Below, one piece after another: positions 46,719-50,064 of a stretch of 50,064 nt of DNA. The notes under the pieces were generated by a model. It was not told the origin of the DNA. It made no database searches and worked only from the letters and a program-made list of their open reading frames with translations. Where the stretch lies: positions 1 through 50,064 of the IMG/VR virus record IMGVR_UViG_3300032320_001659, one strand, 5' to 3'. This DNA comes from a virus. Lineage: Duplodnaviria > Caudoviricetes. How positions within the stretch are numbered: position 1 is the first letter of the stretch; each line of letters begins with the position of its first letter. The translations under genes and the position numbers were made by a program.

Positions 46719-49679
46719 TTAATCCAATAATAGTATATTGCCTAATTCATCTGTTATAGTATATAGACCGGATTCATCTACAATTTCTGTTCTATATTCC
46801 AAACCTAATGGTCCATAGATAATAAAGTTTTGAGCTGCTCCATGATATGTTTTAGTTACTGATAAGTAACCACTTGCATTATACGTTAAAGCTGCACTCA
46901 CACTAAATTTATTTGTAAGATAATCAATGCTACTAACAGTTCTAATCATATTATTAATTTTAATTGTATCACCAACTTTAATAATATCTTTTAATGGATA
47001 GTAAGGATCTGTGTAAATACCACCATTAATAATATTATATGAATTTGTTATCGCAGTAATATTTATAATATTACTATTGGCATTAGATGCGATTGCAACA
47101 TTTGCAAAAGATAACCAAACATTATCTGTTAATGTTATTGTGTTCGCAGCAGCATTTACTGTGTTAATTTTACTACTAAAACTATAACCATTTAAATCAG
47201 TAAATTTAATTGTTGTGTTTTGAAGGAATATATTTGCTATATTTGTACCTGTACCAAGATAGCTAAATTGAATTATGTTATTACTTGGATTATTAAAATT
47301 TGCAACCATATCAAATTCAACAGTCGAAGACGTTAAAGATGATAACGGTCTACCTTTATAAATCTCTTCGTAACTGTGTAAATTGACTTTATTATTCGAC
47401 TTCATTGCAAATCTACCACGAACTTTTGTGCCAGACGGATGTAAAAGTTCCAATAATGTTTTTCTATATTTTTCTATTTCTTTTTCTAGTGTAATTTGAT
47501 ATGTAAAGTTATTATAATCAGCACTTTGTAATACGTTAAATGAGCTTAATTGGCCTGATGTGTCTAAGTATTCACCATCGCCTAATGTTAATCCATTTAA
47601 AAATGTAACATTAGCCTTGGCTTGTCCATCGCCATATGTATAAATGTTATTAGCTGTGTCGTATCTTTCAGTCCAAACCAAAGCATATACATCTGGTGGA
47701 TAATCTGGAATAGGTGTTCTCACAAAATTCATAGTTATTGATTTTGAGTCAACCAATAAGGGTAGTTGAACATTTGGTTTAGGTTTATTATAATCAAAAA
47801 TTCTTATAAAATATAAAGTTTCCAATTCATTTGCATTAGCAGGACCAATTTGTTCAACTTTTTCAACATTTGCTTTATAATTTGCGGTAGCTAAATCATT
47901 GCCTTGATAAACAATATCACCTTTTCTAGGAAGATTATTTCTTTGAAGATTTTTAACAGCAATATCTTGTATTCTAAATGATGCTTTTGGTGCTGATATA
48001 TAATCTTCACCGTAATTTGTTATTTTAATTGTTGTTATTTCACCAACTTTATCTGTTATAGGTTCAAATTTTGCACCATCTCCTAAAATTCCAGGTATAA
48101 TTAAAACAGCATTTGATGCTTGAACGTTTGATGAAACTACATTAGCACCAGGCAACACATCTAATTTATATCCTAAACCTCCTAAAGGATAAGGATAATA
48201 ATTATTTGCTGTATTGCTTCCTGGCGGATTAATGTATGTTACACTTGTTATTGCACCACTACTACTAACTGTGTTAACTTTTGCATAAGCACCTGCTCCT
48301 GTACCACCGGTGATTGTGATCGTATCATTTACTACATAACCATTACCAGGATTGATAATTTTTATTGGTGCTAGAACACCTAAGTTTTTTAAATCTGCTT
48401 GTCTATAGTCATACACGGTGGAATATAAAGACCTTGCTGCAACTATTGGTTTCTTTGTTAAACCGCCACCACTATTGTTTACAACAACTTTGAGAATTGG
48501 ATAAGTTGATATTGTTCTTAATTCTAGTGCATTTATAATTGGTGTATTTGCATTTGCTGTTGGGTTAACTTTTGACCAAATATATGCTGCATCATTGATT
48601 CTATAATCTACACCTACTCTGTATGCCCTTTCAATAGTATCTAAACCAACTGTAACATTTGCTGATGGACCAGTTAAGTCTAGTGCACCAACGTTCGCAA
48701 TAGGTGGAGTTTTAAAACCTTCTAAATTTGGAAATACAATAAGTGTATTAGCTTTTTGGTATGTTGAGTCAGGATCATCAGTAAAACCAAATCCACCATC
48801 CAAAACATTAACAGCAGTTAAAATACCAGCAGTTGTTGTTAAAACCGTTGCTTCTGCTCCAATTCCAGTATTTGATGATAAACCACCATAAAATACTATT
48901 GGATCTCCTGGATAACCAGTTCCTTGAAAATCATATCCAATATAAGTTGAACCTCTAAATTTTGGATTAATTTTTACTTGACTTATTTGACCAAGAATTT
49001 TTGCAGTTAATAACTTAGCACCAGAAGTACCGACTGGTACTTCTTTTCCATCTTTAAAATATACATCTAGATTTTTATCATTAACAACTTTAACAAATTC
49101 ACCAGACTGAAAAAGTCTTTGTATATCTGAAATAAAAACTTCTATTCTATTTTTAGCAACAGTAACAGCTTCAATAGTTGCAATTGATTTTGATGATAGA
49201 CCAAATAATTTATAATTTGGTGTTATTAAAAAGTCAATATCTGAGGATGCTAGTCTTAAACTTTTTGATACATACCATTTACCATCTGAAGGTTTTAATA
49301 TAACATCTTTTGTATATAAAAAATCAACGTCTGAATCATAAAGAACTTTGAATAAAAATTTATAAGAAGATGGTGTACCTTTTGCTTTATATAATTCTTT
49401 TGCAATTTTAGATACTTTTGTTTTATCTGCTAGAATTTCTTGTGGAAAATAAGGAAGAAAATTATTATAGAAATAATCAACAAATTTATCTGGAACTTTG
49501 TCTATATCTTTATAATCGGACATACTGTTTATTAAGTTTCCAGTATTTTCTGGTAAATCTAACCATTCATAGTATGCTTTTAAAAATAAAATAAAATTTT
49601 TATAATCAGGATTTTCCCTAATATGCCTAGGTATTTGATGTGGTATTAAAATTGATGTATCTGGTTTATATTGCAACAT
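46719..49679 (-). CDS. Baseplate wedge initiator gp7-like protein
   Basis: FLKAYYEWL, YKAKGTPSSYKFLF, LKPSDGKW, YNNFTY and LLHPSG motifs; follows gp6. Confidence 0.8.
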   Translation of the reverse strand: MLQYKPDTSILIPHQIPRHIRENPDYKNFILFLKAYYEWLDLPENTGNLINSMSDYKDIDKVPDKFVDYFYNNFLPYFPQEILADKTKVSKIAKELYKAKGTPSSYKFLFKVLYDSDVDFLYTKDVILKPSDGKWYVSKSLRLASSDIDFLITPNYKLFGLSSKSIATIEAVTVAKNRIEVFISDIQRLFQSGEFVKVVNDKNLDVYFKDGKEVPVGTSGAKLLTAKILGQISQVKINPKFRGSTYIGYDFQGTGYPGDPIVFYGGLSSNTGIGAEATVLTTTAGILTAVNVLDGGFGFTDDPDSTYQKANTLIVFPNLEGFKTPPIANVGALDLTGPSANVTVGLDTIERAYRVGVDYRINDAAYIWSKVNPTANANTPIINALELRTISTYPILKVVVNNSGGGLTKKPIVAARSLYSTVYDYRQADLKNLGVLAPIKIINPGNGYVVNDTITITGGTGAGAYAKVNTVSSSGAITSVTYINPPGSNTANNYYPYPLGGLGYKLDVLPGANVVSSNVQASNAVLIIPGILGDGAKFEPITDKVGEITTIKITNYGEDYISAPKASFRIQDIAVKNLQRNNLPRKGDIVYQGNDLATANYKANVEKVEQIGPANANELETLYFIRIFDYNKPKPNVQLPLLVDSKSITMNFVRTPIPDYPPDVYALVWTERYDTANNIYTYGDGQAKANVTFLNGLTLGDGEYLDTSGQLSSFNVLQSADYNNFTYQITLEKEIEKYRKTLLELLHPSGTKVRGRFAMKSNNKVNLHSYEEIYKGRPLSSLTSSTVEFDMVANFNNPSNNIIQFSYLGTGTNIANIFLQNTTIKFTDLNGYSFSSKINTVNAAANTITLTDNVWLSFANVAIASNANSNIINITAITNSYNIINGGIYTDPYYPLKDIIKVGDTIKINNMIRTVSSIDYLTNKFSVSAALTYNASGYLSVTKTYHGAAQNFIIYGPLGLEYRTEIVDESGLYTITDELGNILLLD

Positions 49680-49695
49680 TTATTTTGCCGTTTTT

Positions 49696-50064
49696 CTATT
49701 TTTGTGCTATCACGTTCACTGCAACAGAAGAAGAATCGCTTGCATCTATTGTTATAATTTTATTATATTTTGATGTAAAAGCTGTAGTTTTTGGAGTTAC
49801 TAATATTGATAATTCACCTAGCGGATCATCTGTATCAAGAGGATTAAAAGAATTCAATTCTATTATTCCATTAACATAATCAATTGTACCTACTTTGTCA
49901 TTTAATATTGCCTTTACATTTTTATTATTAAAATAGTATGATCTGATAGTACCATATCTACCTTGTAGATTTACCGTAAGTGCTGCTCCTGTCCCTGTGT
50001 TGTCTATTGATTGAGGCACAACTGTTGCAACGGCAGATGTATAATTATTTCCTGCATTTGTTAT
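49696..50064 (-). CDS. gp6: Baseplate wedge gp6, C-terminal end (start outside window)
   Basis: VGTIDYVNGIIEL motif and position upstream of the gp7-like gene; the frame is open to the window edge. Confidence 0.7.
   Translation of the reverse strand: MTNAGNNYTSAVATVVPQSIDNTGTGAALTVNLQGRYGTIRSYYFNNKNVKAILNDKVGTIDYVNGIIELNSFNPLDTDDPLGELSILVTPKTTAFTSKYNKIITIDASDSSSVAVNVIAQK

Noticed and set aside
1-50064. Stop-codon reassignment, tRNA or rRNA genes
   Set aside because: Core genes are full length under the standard code and tightly packed; no intergenic gap shows a cloverleaf or rRNA signature.

Overview
The window is a contiguous minus-strand virion morphogenesis region of a T4-like (cyano/pelagi/freshwater-type) myophage. 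In transcription order it reads: gp6 (partial), gp7-like, fibre, gp8, VrlC/DUF4815, a variable fibre island (repeat and collagen-like fibres, a 2OG-Fe(II) oxygenase, a GT2-methyltransferase fusion, a 1993-aa adhesin-like protein), gp13-14-15, an Mtd_N-like fibre, gp16, HNH, gp17, gp18-19-20, gp67-like, gp68-position, gp21-22-23, an Ig-like ORF, gp3, uvsY and uvsW (partial). The main finding is a fractured terminase. gp17 is split into an ATPase gene ending in a 31-aa N-intein and a nuclease gene starting with a 106-aa C-intein, with a free-standing HNH endonuclease and its own late promoter between them. The intein is of the atypically split AceL-TerL/Cat type but has Thr rather than Cys as the +1 nucleophile. 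Other notable points are an A10 frameshift in gp16, a structured leader on a second HNH gene, a possible fibre hydroxylation/glycosylation module, and two small ORFs missed by the ORF track. All gene calls come from motif recognition and synteny, not database searches.
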